This document shows, piece after piece, positions 19,111-29,507 of a stretch of 57,549 nucleotides of DNA. The notes under the pieces are model-generated. The model did no database searches, was not told the DNA's origin, and saw only the letters and a list, made by a program, of their open reading frames with translations. Made by a program: the position numbers and the translations under genes. Source of the DNA: Clostridia bacterium (GTDB lineage Bacteria; Bacillota; Clostridia; UBA1212); NCBI GenBank assembly GCA_017848335.1, contig JAGDAX010000163.1, positions 1 to 57,549 on the forward strand. Reading direction: 5' to 3'. Numbering within the stretch: the stretch's first letter is position 1; the number at the start of each line of letters is the position of its first letter.

Positions 19111-20256
19111 TCAGAAGGATTTCTTCTTGATGAACAGTGTCGCCGCGAGAGCCAGCACCGCCACGAGCGCGAAGATGACCATCGTGTTGTCGCCTGTCGC
19201 AGGAGCGGGCGTTACCGGGTCGTCGCCGTCTCCGGAAGGAGTACCGTCCGCCGGATTGACTCCGTAGAAATCAGCAATATCGCGGGATCCGTGGATCGCG
19301 AAGTTGAATTTGCGGTCACTCGTGCCGAAGTACTCGAACTTGTTCTCGTCGACCTCACCGTTGACAGCGGGGAATACAACGTAAGCTGTTTCCTGCGAAA
19401 CACCGGTTGCGTCGTCACCGAAGATAGTGAACCTGAGAATATAGGTTCCCTTCTTGAGAGCCTTATCGAGCTTCCATTTGAACGCGGGCTTGTTGTTGTC
19501 CTGCCAGTCAACGACGGTGGAAGCAACGGGCTGCTTATTATCGCCGAGGGTGGTATCATTGTCGGTGTCGAAGGCGAAAAGCTCAGCTCTGAAGGAACCG
19601 AGAGGGCCGTTCGTTCCGTTGGAAGCCCAGTAAGAAATCGACACTCCGCCAATCTCGCCGTTGGTGGTGAACTTGACCGCGGCAAATTCGCCGTCTTCGT
19701 TCAGCCAGACAGACTCGCCCGGCACAGTGGAGTTCCCCGAAACGCTCTTCTCTTCGAAGACTATTCCTTCGGACTTTTCATTGACGTACTTGATTGTGGC
19801 AATAACCGTCTCACCGCCTGCCGCCTTCTTGTAGAATTTCAGTTCGACGGTGCCCTCCTGAAGAGGAAGCGTGACGTTGTAGCGGGCGCAGTAATTAAGA
19901 CCTGCGTTTGCCGCAAGTCCGGGATCCGGTTTGAGATAGCCCCAGACGATCTCGCCGTTGTTATGCTGAATACCAATGTCCGTGAAGTCTTCCGCATCGC
20001 CCCACCATCCCTGAATGTGGAAATAGGAATATCCGAGGCCGTAAACGTATCCGATGTCACCCGCCTGCGCGCCTGTCTGTACGTCCTTTTCCTCCGCATT
20101 CGGGACCCAGTCCTTAGCGTGAGATTCCGAAGGATTCGCTTCATTGGTCAGATAAGCGCCGTCAATGTGAAACCTGCTGTTGGCCGCATGCGAAACCACT
20201 GCAAACATTGAGACCAGCATAGCCAGTACAACAATTGCTGCAAATAATTTTCTCAT
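19111..20256 (-). CDS. Secreted cell-wall-anchored protein (APATG motif), paralog B of 17126..18268
   Basis: Colinear with paralog A (F.IDGAYLTN, SYFHIQGWWGD, CARYNVTLP.QEG, VWLNEDGE, SYWASN). C-terminal APATG, TM and KKKSF tail. Confidence 0.8.
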   Translation of the reverse strand: MRKLFAAIVVLAMLVSMFAVVSHAANSRFHIDGAYLTNEANPSESHAKDWVPNAEEKDVQTGAQAGDIGYVYGLGYSYFHIQGWWGDAEDFTDIGIQHNNGEIVWGYLKPDPGLAANAGLNYCARYNVTLPLQEGTVELKFYKKAAGGETVIATIKYVNEKSEGIVFEEKSVSGNSTVPGESVWLNEDGEFAAVKFTTNGEIGGVSISYWASNGTNGPLGSFRAELFAFDTDNDTTLGDNKQPVASTVVDWQDNNKPAFKWKLDKALKKGTYILRFTIFGDDATGVSQETAYVVFPAVNGEVDENKFEYFGTSDRKFNFAIHGSRDIADFYGVNPADGTPSGDGDDPVTPAPATGDNTMVIFALVAVLALAATLFIKKKSF

Positions 20257-21028
20257 AGTCATATACCTCCAAATTTGGAAAAATGTGTTGCCTTTTGAGG
20301 CAGGAGCGTACGTACCCGTTAAGCCTCAGCCGGCGGTGTTATGGTATCATAACCAAAATTATGTGTCAACAGCAATTTTACCTATAGACAGGGAAAAACC
20401 GGGCTCTTTAGGCGGGGTTTCGAGGGGTCTTTTGAGGGCATTTTTTTGCCTTTTCGGACTAACCGTTTCGGTTTTTCGGCGATTTTCGGCATATTTTCGG
20501 ATTATTCGGGAAATTTCGTTAAAATATCTCTCGTTTTCTCTTTTTTTCTCGCTAAATCTCTCAAATTCTTCGTTTTTCTTTCACGCCGCAAAAATTAGAG
20601 AGCAGATGATTCTCAGCCCGGCAGCGTGTGCGGGTCTTGAATATTTTTTTGATTTTTCGTGAAATTTTTGGGCCGTAATTGCGCGGCGGCGGGCAGCGGG
20701 TCCTTTTTTTGCTTCATGATTTTCGCGGCAAGAGTTCCTCCTCAGGCTTCGGTACGCAGGGCTCCGTCCGGGTTCCGTCACCCCGGCAACCCCGGCATCC
20801 CGGCAGCCCGGCAGCCCGGCATTCGGCACCAAGTATCCGCGCAGCGCTCTCCGGCCTCCGGCCTCTGGCCTCTGGCCTCTGGCCTTACCGTTACAGTGTC
20901 ACAGTCCGTCACAGCCTGAAAGCAAAGATAGATTCTTGCAACCCGCCTCACATTTCTATATAATATAAACATCCATCCGCCTGCGCCGCACGCGCGGGCA
21001 CTGTACAAACCTTCACGGAGAACAAGCC

Positions 21029-24000
21029 ATGAGAAGACACGTTTTTATAATTCTTGCGATCGTACTGTCCGTTGCCACCCTTGCATCGCTTTTGGGCGGC
21101 TGCGTCGGCGAGCCGGCGACACCCGGGGAGACCGACGGACCTTCCGGCCGCGAAATTCCGACACAGGAGCCTATAATTATGAGAGATTTATCAAACGACA
21201 CTGCACTTTCCGACACACTGCTGTATGCCAACAGCGTGGCGGGCAGCATTACCGCGCGCTATGCCAACGCTCAGAGAAACGCCTTTGAGATCATCAACCG
21301 CAACGTCCGCGTGGTGGAGTCCAACGACACCGACGGCAAGCTGGGCATCAAGAGCATCGAGAACCTAAGCGGCGGCGTCTACACGACGGACACCATGAAC
21401 CTTTACGTGGTGGACGGCAGCGGCAAGGTCTGGCGCGACAATTATTCCTCCTCCGTGGGGCGCACCAATACCACACGCCACGGGTACTATTATTGGGAAG
21501 TGTTCCAGCGCGACCAGGAATTCGGCACCCCCGAAGGCGGCAGCAACGTTTTTGCCAAGGAGGTTCCCGTGGGACGGTACGACAACGACTGGTTCGTTTC
21601 GGCCGACTGCGATCTTTCCTACGACAAGGGCAAATCCGTCACGATCACGCTTACCGGAGGGCTGGACCCCAACCTGGCTATTGTCCTTCCTGAGCCCGTG
21701 CCGAAGAGCGAGGCAACGCATATTGCGGTTACGATCAGCTCATCCGATTCGGGCGGCAGGTCGCAGCTTTTCATTTGCGACAGGAAAACCCGGGATTTCA
21801 ACGCCCAGCAGATGATCAACTTTGAGATCACCGCGGACGGCAAGCCGCACACGTACCTTCTGGACATCTCGGGAATGCTCACCGATGACCTTACCGGGAT
21901 CCGCTTTGACACGGGCAAGACGGTGGGCGAGAAGTACACCTTCTCGGACGTGAAGGTCGTCTACCTGGGCAAGTCGGTGGCCGCCAAGAGCGAGCGCACC
22001 CTTGACGTGTATCCCGACAAGCTCCACCAGAGCTTCAGGCTTCTGGCGCGGCCGGGCTACGAGGAGGTCTCCGAGTTCGGCATGATCTGGGAAATGGATC
22101 AGAGCAAGGTCGAGGCCGTCAGGATCCGCGACCTTGACGGCGTGCACGAGGATCTCTCCGTCAACGAGAACACGGTGCAGTACGTAGCCTTCAAGGTGAA
22201 GGACGCGGGCGTCATAGGGATCATTATCCCGGACGATTCGAGCACGCTCAAAACGTCGGTGACGCTGGAGGACGGCAAGTACGTGGTGAAGCAGGTGGCC
22301 GGCGGCAAGCTCGCGCTGAAGGCAGGCGACGACTGCAGGTTCGGGCACAGGATATACACGGACGACACCGGAAGGCTCGAGTCCATCGACAACGTTGCCT
22401 GGGCCGAGCGCACTCCTCTTGCCGCGGAGAGCATTAACGTTAACACCGGCTCCTCGGGCACCAAGGTGCGCGGCTACGACCGCCTCAAGGGCTACTACAG
22501 CCTGACAATGAGCGGCATCAACTTCCCGCAGGCCTTCAGCCCCTCCGGCAACAACAAATACCTTACGTCCAACCTGACCGTCAACGCGGACGGCGCCGAC
22601 AGGACTCTCTATTTCTGCATCAGATCCACGCCCGGCACCCTCGAGTGCGCGGCAATGCTTGACGACAAGGACATGCTGGTCCCGATGCCCATGCAGGTCT
22701 GCAAGAATTTCGACTGCGAGAAGGAGGAGGCCATTTACGATCCGCAGGATATGTCCTTCGGCGACTCGATCTTCCCCATCGTGGCCAAGGCGGGCACCGT
22801 CAGCACGTTCACGGACATTCATCTCTATATGAACTGGGGCATTTTCCACCTCAAGCAGCTCTCGTCGATCCAGTTCTTCGTGGGCTACTACCACCTGTCA
22901 ACGGGCGTCAGCGAGTCCAACTGCATAAGCTTCTACGGCGTGTTCGGCAAGGACGGCCTCCTGCTGCCTGACTTCAGGGGCCACAGCGGCATTCGCTGGA
23001 GCACGGACCCGCAGTTCACCTCCGTCGCCTCCCCCAAGGCCACATCTTACCGCGACAACAGCGGCAAGCTGGTCATGAGCGAGTACCTGGGCTCGAAGAT
23101 CAACAGCAGCGGCCCCATTTACGCGGACCTCGAATACTCCTACCTGTCGGATTGCGGCTCCTTTAAGTACACACTGCGCCACACAGAATTCCCGCAGACG
23201 GACGAGAACAGAACGTATTACACGCTGGATCTCACCTTCCTCAAGGATCTCACGCTGAACGACGTGAAGAACCAGCTGACCATTGTCGAGCAGGACAGCC
23301 GCACGCAGACCTTCAGCGAGCTCAGCTACAGGGACCCCGAAGGCAACAGGCAGCACGCCTACCTCACGGTCACCGACAAGCGCGGCAACACCTACTACAC
23401 GCTGGACGGCGAGCACGGCTGGTACGCATACTACCACAGCAACAGGCCGGTCATTTTCCAGACCGAAACCGAGGACGATCCGATGAACTACGCCGTGATC
23501 GTCAAGAGCACCGACTTCGTCATCGGCGGCAAGCCCGTTGAATGCAATCTCATCCTTCGCGACAGCTTCGCCAACGGCATCAACTATTCCGCGCTTTCCC
23601 TTGATTTAGGCAAAACCACCTTCAAGAAGGGCGACACGATCCGCATGGAATTCCTGATGCTGCCCTGGGCAAGCCGCGACCTCACCTCGGACGCCAACAT
23701 CCCCATAGTCTTTGAGGACTCCGTCGAGAAGCCGCTCACCGTCAAGTCCGTTGCCACGGGCACGATAATGGAAGAGCCCTACCTCGCGAGAATCCAGGCC
23801 TCCGACAACAAGGCGGAATTTACGGTCACCGGCGGACGCAACAGGAACGCGGTCAGAGTCGACGGCTTCGACGTCCTCTGCAGGCCGGTCATCGAGGAGC
23901 TTTCGGCGGACGGCACCTGGGTGCCCTACGTGACCAACGTCAAGGAGTACGACGGCTACGGGGTCTACCTCAACCGCGACGGCTCCTACGGCTACGCGTT

Positions 24001-24061
24001 CATTTACGAGGCGGCCACGCCGGATCAGGAGCGCACGTTCAGGATCTCAGTGCAGAGGTGA
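21029..24061 (+). CDS. Large (1010 aa) lipoprotein of unknown function with a putative carbohydrate-binding beta-sandwich domain
   Basis: Lipobox LLGGC after a hydrophobic leader, GGAG RBS and host-like codon usage. Contains the segment FEITADGKPHTYLLDIS...GIRFD. Confidence 0.75.
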   Translation: MRRHVFIILAIVLSVATLASLLGGCVGEPATPGETDGPSGREIPTQEPIIMRDLSNDTALSDTLLYANSVAGSITARYANAQRNAFEIINRNVRVVESNDTDGKLGIKSIENLSGGVYTTDTMNLYVVDGSGKVWRDNYSSSVGRTNTTRHGYYYWEVFQRDQEFGTPEGGSNVFAKEVPVGRYDNDWFVSADCDLSYDKGKSVTITLTGGLDPNLAIVLPEPVPKSEATHIAVTISSSDSGGRSQLFICDRKTRDFNAQQMINFEITADGKPHTYLLDISGMLTDDLTGIRFDTGKTVGEKYTFSDVKVVYLGKSVAAKSERTLDVYPDKLHQSFRLLARPGYEEVSEFGMIWEMDQSKVEAVRIRDLDGVHEDLSVNENTVQYVAFKVKDAGVIGIIIPDDSSTLKTSVTLEDGKYVVKQVAGGKLALKAGDDCRFGHRIYTDDTGRLESIDNVAWAERTPLAAESINVNTGSSGTKVRGYDRLKGYYSLTMSGINFPQAFSPSGNNKYLTSNLTVNADGADRTLYFCIRSTPGTLECAAMLDDKDMLVPMPMQVCKNFDCEKEEAIYDPQDMSFGDSIFPIVAKAGTVSTFTDIHLYMNWGIFHLKQLSSIQFFVGYYHLSTGVSESNCISFYGVFGKDGLLLPDFRGHSGIRWSTDPQFTSVASPKATSYRDNSGKLVMSEYLGSKINSSGPIYADLEYSYLSDCGSFKYTLRHTEFPQTDENRTYYTLDLTFLKDLTLNDVKNQLTIVEQDSRTQTFSELSYRDPEGNRQHAYLTVTDKRGNTYYTLDGEHGWYAYYHSNRPVIFQTETEDDPMNYAVIVKSTDFVIGGKPVECNLILRDSFANGINYSALSLDLGKTTFKKGDTIRMEFLMLPWASRDLTSDANIPIVFEDSVEKPLTVKSVATGTIMEEPYLARIQASDNKAEFTVTGGRNRNAVRVDGFDVLCRPVIEELSADGTWVPYVTNVKEYDGYGVYLNRDGSYGYAFIYEAATPDQERTFRISVQR

Positions 24062-24466
24062 GGCAGTGCCGAGTGCTGAGAAAGGCCAAAGGCCTGAGGC
24101 CTGAGGCTAAAGGTCAGAGATCAGCGCGAGTTATGGCCTGTGAGCTATGGGACGCGAGTCGTGGCCCGTGAGTTATGGGACTCGCGTTATGGGACTTGAG
24201 TTTTGGGACTTGATTGCCAAGTGCCAGGCTGTCAACGAATGGACGTCCGCGTCAGCATTTTGAGACAGGAACGGTTCACGCGTCAGCGTGCTCAGTAAAC
24301 ACTGGTCAAATGCTATTTACTCAGCGTTCACCTAAGAGCGGGGCTCAGTATGCTGCGCGGCGGCGCGGTGGCCGGAGACCGGAGAAGGCGGCCCGCGGGC
24401 AATCTGTCGGGCCGCCGCTCCCACGAGCCAACGCTGAGGCAGGCAGCAAAAAACAAAAAGACAAGC

Positions 24467-24527
24467 AAAAAAAGAGGAAATTCGCGGCAGGCATCTCAAC
24501 AGTGCCGCGAATTTCCTCGTTTTTTTT
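24467..24527. terminator. Bidirectional Rho-independent terminator between convergent genes
   Basis: A-run, GAGGAAATTCGCGGCA...TGCCGCGAATTTCCTC stem, T-run. Confidence 0.8.
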
Positions 24528-24634
24528 GACGGCAGAATGCCATTCGCTGCCGGGCTGAGCTGACTGCGGCTCATGCTTGGCCGCAGGACTGCCTGCAGTG
24601 AAGGCTGCCGGAATCCTCTTCGGGCGCCGCGCTC

Positions 24635-27600
24635 TCAGCCGCCTTCGCCCTTGCCTGCATCACCTTCATCGACTCCCGGCGCGGTCATTGCGTCACCGGG
24701 CTTCAGCTTCCTTCTCAGCATCAGCAGCACCGCGCCGCCTGCCAGAAGCGACGGGACGGCCACGATCAGGAGCACCGAGACCGGTGAAGCCCCGGGGCCG
24801 GTATATTTGACAACTTCCACGTCAATGGTCCTCCACGAGGGCACGACCTCGGGGGCGCCGTCGTTATTGAGATCTATCCGGTGGGAGTATGCGCCGATGA
24901 CGGTCTTGCCGGGCGACATTCCGATGACGGAGCCGTTGAAGATCTCCACGCAGCTGCCTGTTTCCGGCAGCGTGTAGCAGTCGATCGGTATGCTCTCAAT
25001 GCCGTTGGCGGTGAAGCATTTCAGGCTTTCCTTTTTGAGGGCTTCATTGACGGACAGCTTCAGTTCCACTTCCTCGAGATCGAGCACGGCGGGAACCACG
25101 GTGAGCTCGCCGGGGTAAAATTCGATAACGTAGCAGTCTGTCACGTCGCGCCCGTTTTCGTTCACGACCCGGATGTTGCGGAAGTGGTTCGGCGACGTAC
25201 CGGCGTAAAGCTGTGCGCCTGCTATGGTGTATTCCAGCTTGTGGCCATCGAGAAGCCTGCCGTACAGGAAAATGAGCGCGTCGTTGGTGAGGTATTCGCC
25301 GTCAAAGGGCTTGGATTTGCTGCCGGAGGCAAGGAGCACCTTTACCAGAGACTTGCCGTTTTCGGCCTCGATGATCTCGGGCTCGTCGGAAACGCCGGCC
25401 TCGCGAAGCATCCACTGAGCGGGCGGAGAGTCCATTATTCTCAGGTGCTCGAAAACGCGCACGGTCACCTCGCGGCTGACAATAAGCTCGGGGCGGCCGT
25501 CGGCGGACGGCGTATCCGGTGCGCCGTTGAACGGATCAGGCGTCACGACGGAGCTGTTCGGGTAGTAGCGGGCGTAGCCTTTCATGTAATATTCCGCGTC
25601 GGGGCTCAAGCCCATTTCGTACAGGAAGGCTTCACGGTCAACGCCAAGGTCGTCGGAGTATTCCATGGTCAGGCGTCCGGAGGCCGTCGCGGTCACCGTG
25701 CCGTCGGGATTCGCGCGCATTATTCCGTAGGGGTCGTTAAAATTGAAGCTCATTTCGGCGTTCTCCCAGATTGCGCCCTGAGGAAGCTCGTAATCGAACT
25801 CCTGCGGCAGCGTCTGGCCTACGTAAATCTCCGCCGGCTCAAGGTCGATGCGCAAGGGATTTACGGTGAGCTCAGCCGGATACACGAAAATCTCGTACTC
25901 GTCCGTGATGTCCTTGCCGGTACTGTCGATAATTCTCAGATACTCAGGCGCTGCAAGCACCGAGCCCACGCGGGTTATGGACTTTGAGCGCGCCTCTATG
26001 CGTACGCCGGGGTCGAGCATTATATTGCCCATGACCATCACCTCGTCGGAGTAGAGCGGCTCGCCGTCGAAAGTCTTCTCCTTGCCCTGAAATTGCACCG
26101 CCAGCACGTTGTATTTGAATATCTTGTCGAGATCGGGAAGCACCTCCAGATTCTCCGGGATCGCGCCGGACTGAATGGACGGCGTCACCTCCACGGGAAC
26201 CCATCCCACGCCGTGAAGGTAAATCTCGACCCATGCGTGAGCGTTGATGCCGGAGTATTCGTTCTCCCTGCCGGGTTCGGCGTTCACCAGGAAGCCGCCC
26301 ACGTACCTCGCGGGTATACCGATTGTCCGGTAAGCCATCGTGGCCGCGGAAGCGAAGTGCGCACAAATGCCCGACTTGCTCTCGGTAAGGAAATACATTA
26401 TCGGGTCGGCATCCGCCGGAACCTCCTTGAAATTGGTCTCGTATCTGGCCGACGAAAGAATGAACTTCTGCACCGCGGTTATCTGATCCCTCGCGACAAG
26501 AACGCCCGCGTCCGAAAGGAGCTCGGTCATCCTTTGGCGTATATCCCCGGGCACCGTCAGATAGAACTCCCGGACGACCGCGTTGTAGATGCCGAAATCC
26601 ACCTCCCCGGCGGGCTTCACAGAGGTCATTGTCTGAAGGGGAACGCCCATTATCGTGTTGAAGCTGACCCGGCTTCCTTGGGTATCATAACCCTCTATCG
26701 CGTGGTCCGTCCATGATCGGCCCGCCAGCCCTTCCAGCCAGCCCGAGGACGTGTAGTATGGCACAGGCGTCAGCCCGTCCTCAAGAAGGTCATTCACAGT
26801 CACCTCGTTCATGTCGCTCAAACCGTTTTCCAGGAGCGTCAGATACGTCAGGTCGAGCGGGTGCTCGCCATACGGAGTTCTCTCCGCTATGCGGTCGCTG
26901 ACGGAGAAAGGCTCCTGCCAGCTTTTTCCGTTGTAGTCGCCGAAGCTGGTCAGCCGCAGGTAGATCTGTCCGGCGCGTTCCGTGGTAACGGTGCCAAGAA
27001 CAGTTTTGCTGCGTTCTGCGGGAAGTCGGGGAACCAGCCCCGAAGGAGCGGAAACAGGCATGCCGCCGTTTACTCCGCTGCCGCCGCTGCCGCCTATGCC
27101 TTCCCGCATCTGCCTCTCCAGCTCCTCGGCATTCACCTCAATGCGAAGCGTCAGGTCATAGTCCGCCGTCCTGTACCTGTCTGCCCAATCATAGTTTACG
27201 ATATCCACTGTTGCGTGCTCGGAGATCTTCTCTGTGGGCACGCTGAAAGGCACCGATTCCGCCTCTGCGTAGTCGCCTTCAGCCAGATTGTCGGTGATGA
27301 AGCTCGACGGCAGGTAAACCCTTGATTCCATATCCGCAAAACCGTACACCACCGTAACGGAAGCGGGTCTCCTGTTCACGACGATTTTCCCGGGAATATA
27401 TTCAATATCGTAGGAGTCAGTGACGTTTCCGTATTTTTCCGAGCTGATTTCGACACGGAAGTCGTTATCGTACGTACCCGCGTGAAGAACCTCCACCGCC
27501 ACCACGGTCGTTATGGCGTCTCCCGGAGCAAGGCTTCCCGAGGTGACGCCTGCTATGTCACTGAACCGGTGGTATCGGGCGTCGTACGTTATCGGATCCG

Positions 27601-28783
27601 GCGAGAGGCTTTCTATGCTGACCGGCCTCTTTTTTACGGTGACCTTGCCGAAATTCCACACAAATGCATAATAGTCCGTGGGGTATCCGCCTGGCTCCAG
27701 AATGTCGACCCGCACGCGGTTCTGATGTTCGCCGGCCTTCACCACAGGGGCCCATGCGGAGACCTCGAGCGTGTCCCCGGCAAGAACCTTCCCGGCCGTC
27801 ACCTCGCAGCTGTCGCAATAATACGGCTCCCCGTCGTATATCTTCTCGTGATCCGGCGTGGTGATCTCCAGCCTGATCTTCGTCACGGTGTAAAGTCCGG
27901 GCTCTCTTTTCACGACGTAATTGCCGGTGACGTCGCTCCCGTCCTCCGACGTTATCGCGAATGTAAAATCGTTTCGGTAGCTTCCCGGCTGTACGGCGTT
28001 TACCGGCTTCCAGGATATGCTGATCGTATCATTGTATGCCAGACCGTCGCCGCCCACCTGATATTCCCGCGGCGTTGAAAGAGACTTCCTGTCATATTCC
28101 TTCTCCGCGGAATTGGTCGTCACCGTAATGTTCCGCTGCGAGATCCTGATCGTTCCGTCCGTGAAGATCCAGTCGTAATAGTCGGAGACGTCCCCGCCCT
28201 CGGCGTTTTTCACCGTCAAGGACAGTATTCTGAAGTCCGAGCTGCCTATATTTCTGTCATATTCAGCCCGATAGTCCGTGACCCTGTCGCCCGGCGCCAG
28301 ATCCAGCGTCTCAAAAAGCTTCGCGAGGTCAGGCTTCTCGCCGTAGACCGCTTCGACCACCCCGGGATCCACGCTGACCTGACGCTTTGTGATCAAGAAG
28401 GAAACCTCCTGCGTCCGCACAATACGCAGCAGATTCTCCGTGCGTGCTTCCATGTTGTATTCCCCCGGCGGAAGCATGGCCATATCGGGCCCGCCGTCGA
28501 TCTGCTCCCCAGGCATCTCCCGGTAAGCGGAATAGACCACCCGCGCAAAGAGCGCCCTCGCTCCCGGCGATTTGGGGGTTCCGTAAACACTGTCACTGAG
28601 AGTCATGTTTTGAAGGAAAATCCCCGTCAGGACCATGAGCGTCCCGGCAAGCGCAAACAGAGCAGCCACACCGAACACAATTCCCACCCGGTGCTTTTTG
28701 ACTGTCTTTAAAAAGGCTATGCGCCGCTCTTCGCGTTTTACAACTTTTGACTTGTATTCGTCGTACATGGTTTTTTTCCTCAT
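24635..28783 (-). CDS. Membrane-anchored transglutaminase-like (TgpA-type) protein with MBG-like repeats
   Basis: Core GICAHFASA...GIPARYVGGF...AHAWVEIY...GWVPVEVTP (Cys-His-Glu). Repeated 'K.YDG.P' and 'DVT..Y...G.LTV' units. N- and C-terminal TM helices. Confidence 0.85.
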   Translation of the reverse strand: MRKKTMYDEYKSKVVKREERRIAFLKTVKKHRVGIVFGVAALFALAGTLMVLTGIFLQNMTLSDSVYGTPKSPGARALFARVVYSAYREMPGEQIDGGPDMAMLPPGEYNMEARTENLLRIVRTQEVSFLITKRQVSVDPGVVEAVYGEKPDLAKLFETLDLAPGDRVTDYRAEYDRNIGSSDFRILSLTVKNAEGGDVSDYYDWIFTDGTIRISQRNITVTTNSAEKEYDRKSLSTPREYQVGGDGLAYNDTISISWKPVNAVQPGSYRNDFTFAITSEDGSDVTGNYVVKREPGLYTVTKIRLEITTPDHEKIYDGEPYYCDSCEVTAGKVLAGDTLEVSAWAPVVKAGEHQNRVRVDILEPGGYPTDYYAFVWNFGKVTVKKRPVSIESLSPDPITYDARYHRFSDIAGVTSGSLAPGDAITTVVAVEVLHAGTYDNDFRVEISSEKYGNVTDSYDIEYIPGKIVVNRRPASVTVVYGFADMESRVYLPSSFITDNLAEGDYAEAESVPFSVPTEKISEHATVDIVNYDWADRYRTADYDLTLRIEVNAEELERQMREGIGGSGGSGVNGGMPVSAPSGLVPRLPAERSKTVLGTVTTERAGQIYLRLTSFGDYNGKSWQEPFSVSDRIAERTPYGEHPLDLTYLTLLENGLSDMNEVTVNDLLEDGLTPVPYYTSSGWLEGLAGRSWTDHAIEGYDTQGSRVSFNTIMGVPLQTMTSVKPAGEVDFGIYNAVVREFYLTVPGDIRQRMTELLSDAGVLVARDQITAVQKFILSSARYETNFKEVPADADPIMYFLTESKSGICAHFASAATMAYRTIGIPARYVGGFLVNAEPGRENEYSGINAHAWVEIYLHGVGWVPVEVTPSIQSGAIPENLEVLPDLDKIFKYNVLAVQFQGKEKTFDGEPLYSDEVMVMGNIMLDPGVRIEARSKSITRVGSVLAAPEYLRIIDSTGKDITDEYEIFVYPAELTVNPLRIDLEPAEIYVGQTLPQEFDYELPQGAIWENAEMSFNFNDPYGIMRANPDGTVTATASGRLTMEYSDDLGVDREAFLYEMGLSPDAEYYMKGYARYYPNSSVVTPDPFNGAPDTPSADGRPELIVSREVTVRVFEHLRIMDSPPAQWMLREAGVSDEPEIIEAENGKSLVKVLLASGSKSKPFDGEYLTNDALIFLYGRLLDGHKLEYTIAGAQLYAGTSPNHFRNIRVVNENGRDVTDCYVIEFYPGELTVVPAVLDLEEVELKLSVNEALKKESLKCFTANGIESIPIDCYTLPETGSCVEIFNGSVIGMSPGKTVIGAYSHRIDLNNDGAPEVVPSWRTIDVEVVKYTGPGASPVSVLLIVAVPSLLAGGAVLLMLRRKLKPGDAMTAPGVDEGDAGKGEGG

Positions 28784-28886
28784 TGGTTATGCAGGTGCTC
28801 CCGGCTCAAGCGGCGGGGCGCCCCCTGATCATTCGTGACTCAACTGCGTCTCTGAGTCCGGGGATCGTCCCCGGCTTGTCCGCAGC

Positions 28887-29501
28887 TCACCCTTGGGGCC
28901 ACGTCGGGCCCTTCAGCATAGTCATCGGCACCGTGAAGGCCGCCCTGGCTCCGCCGGCGTCCTGCCACTCAACGTAGCTCATAATGCCCTGCAGCTGACC
29001 TTCGCTCCCGTCCCTGCTTATCGGGACTGTGAACTCAAATGTCTTGTCGCTCCCCGGGTCCATCGTCACGCCCTCCGCTGCGGTGAACTGACCGATACAC
29101 GCCCCGTTGACGTCATAAATCGCGCACTCGATCCGCTCCACGCCGGCAACACCCACCGAGTTATTGTAAAGGATCAACGTCGCGACGTATTCGCCGCGTT
29201 CGGGATCATCCGCCAAAACGAGGCGCTTAATAATGAGCCTGCCCTCGGTGCCTTCGTTGAAATCCCGGAAATATACCGGCTCCTGTTTAAACTCAGGCGC
29301 CTCAAAAACCTGCTGCGGTACGCCGCTCCTGTCAATGAACCGGTCCGCCCCGAAGGCCTGTTTGAAAAAGAACACCGCCAATATCAGCGCCAAAGCCGCG
29401 GCAATTCCGGCCACCGGCATGATCAGCGTGCGCATGCGCGCCTTCTCGGAGGCGGCGTCCAAAGCGGATATTCTGCGGCTGCTGTCATCGTAATCCTTCA
29501 T
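28887..29501 (-). CDS. Single-pass membrane protein with an Ig-like (FxLYD-like) extracytoplasmic domain
   Basis: TM LIMPVAGIAAALALILAVFFF. The segment LYNNS...IECAIYDVNGACIG...MDPGSDKTFEF resembles FxLYD domains. Confidence 0.6.
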   Translation of the reverse strand: MKDYDDSSRRISALDAASEKARMRTLIMPVAGIAAALALILAVFFFKQAFGADRFIDRSGVPQQVFEAPEFKQEPVYFRDFNEGTEGRLIIKRLVLADDPERGEYVATLILYNNSVGVAGVERIECAIYDVNGACIGQFTAAEGVTMDPGSDKTFEFTVPISRDGSEGQLQGIMSYVEWQDAGGARAAFTVPMTMLKGPTWPQG

Positions 29502-29507
29502 CGGAAA

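Noticed and set aside
25990-26440. Inactive transglutaminase because Glu replaces the triad Asp
   Set aside because: Cys and His are retained and Glu is a conservative substitute, so inactivity cannot be claimed from sequence alone.
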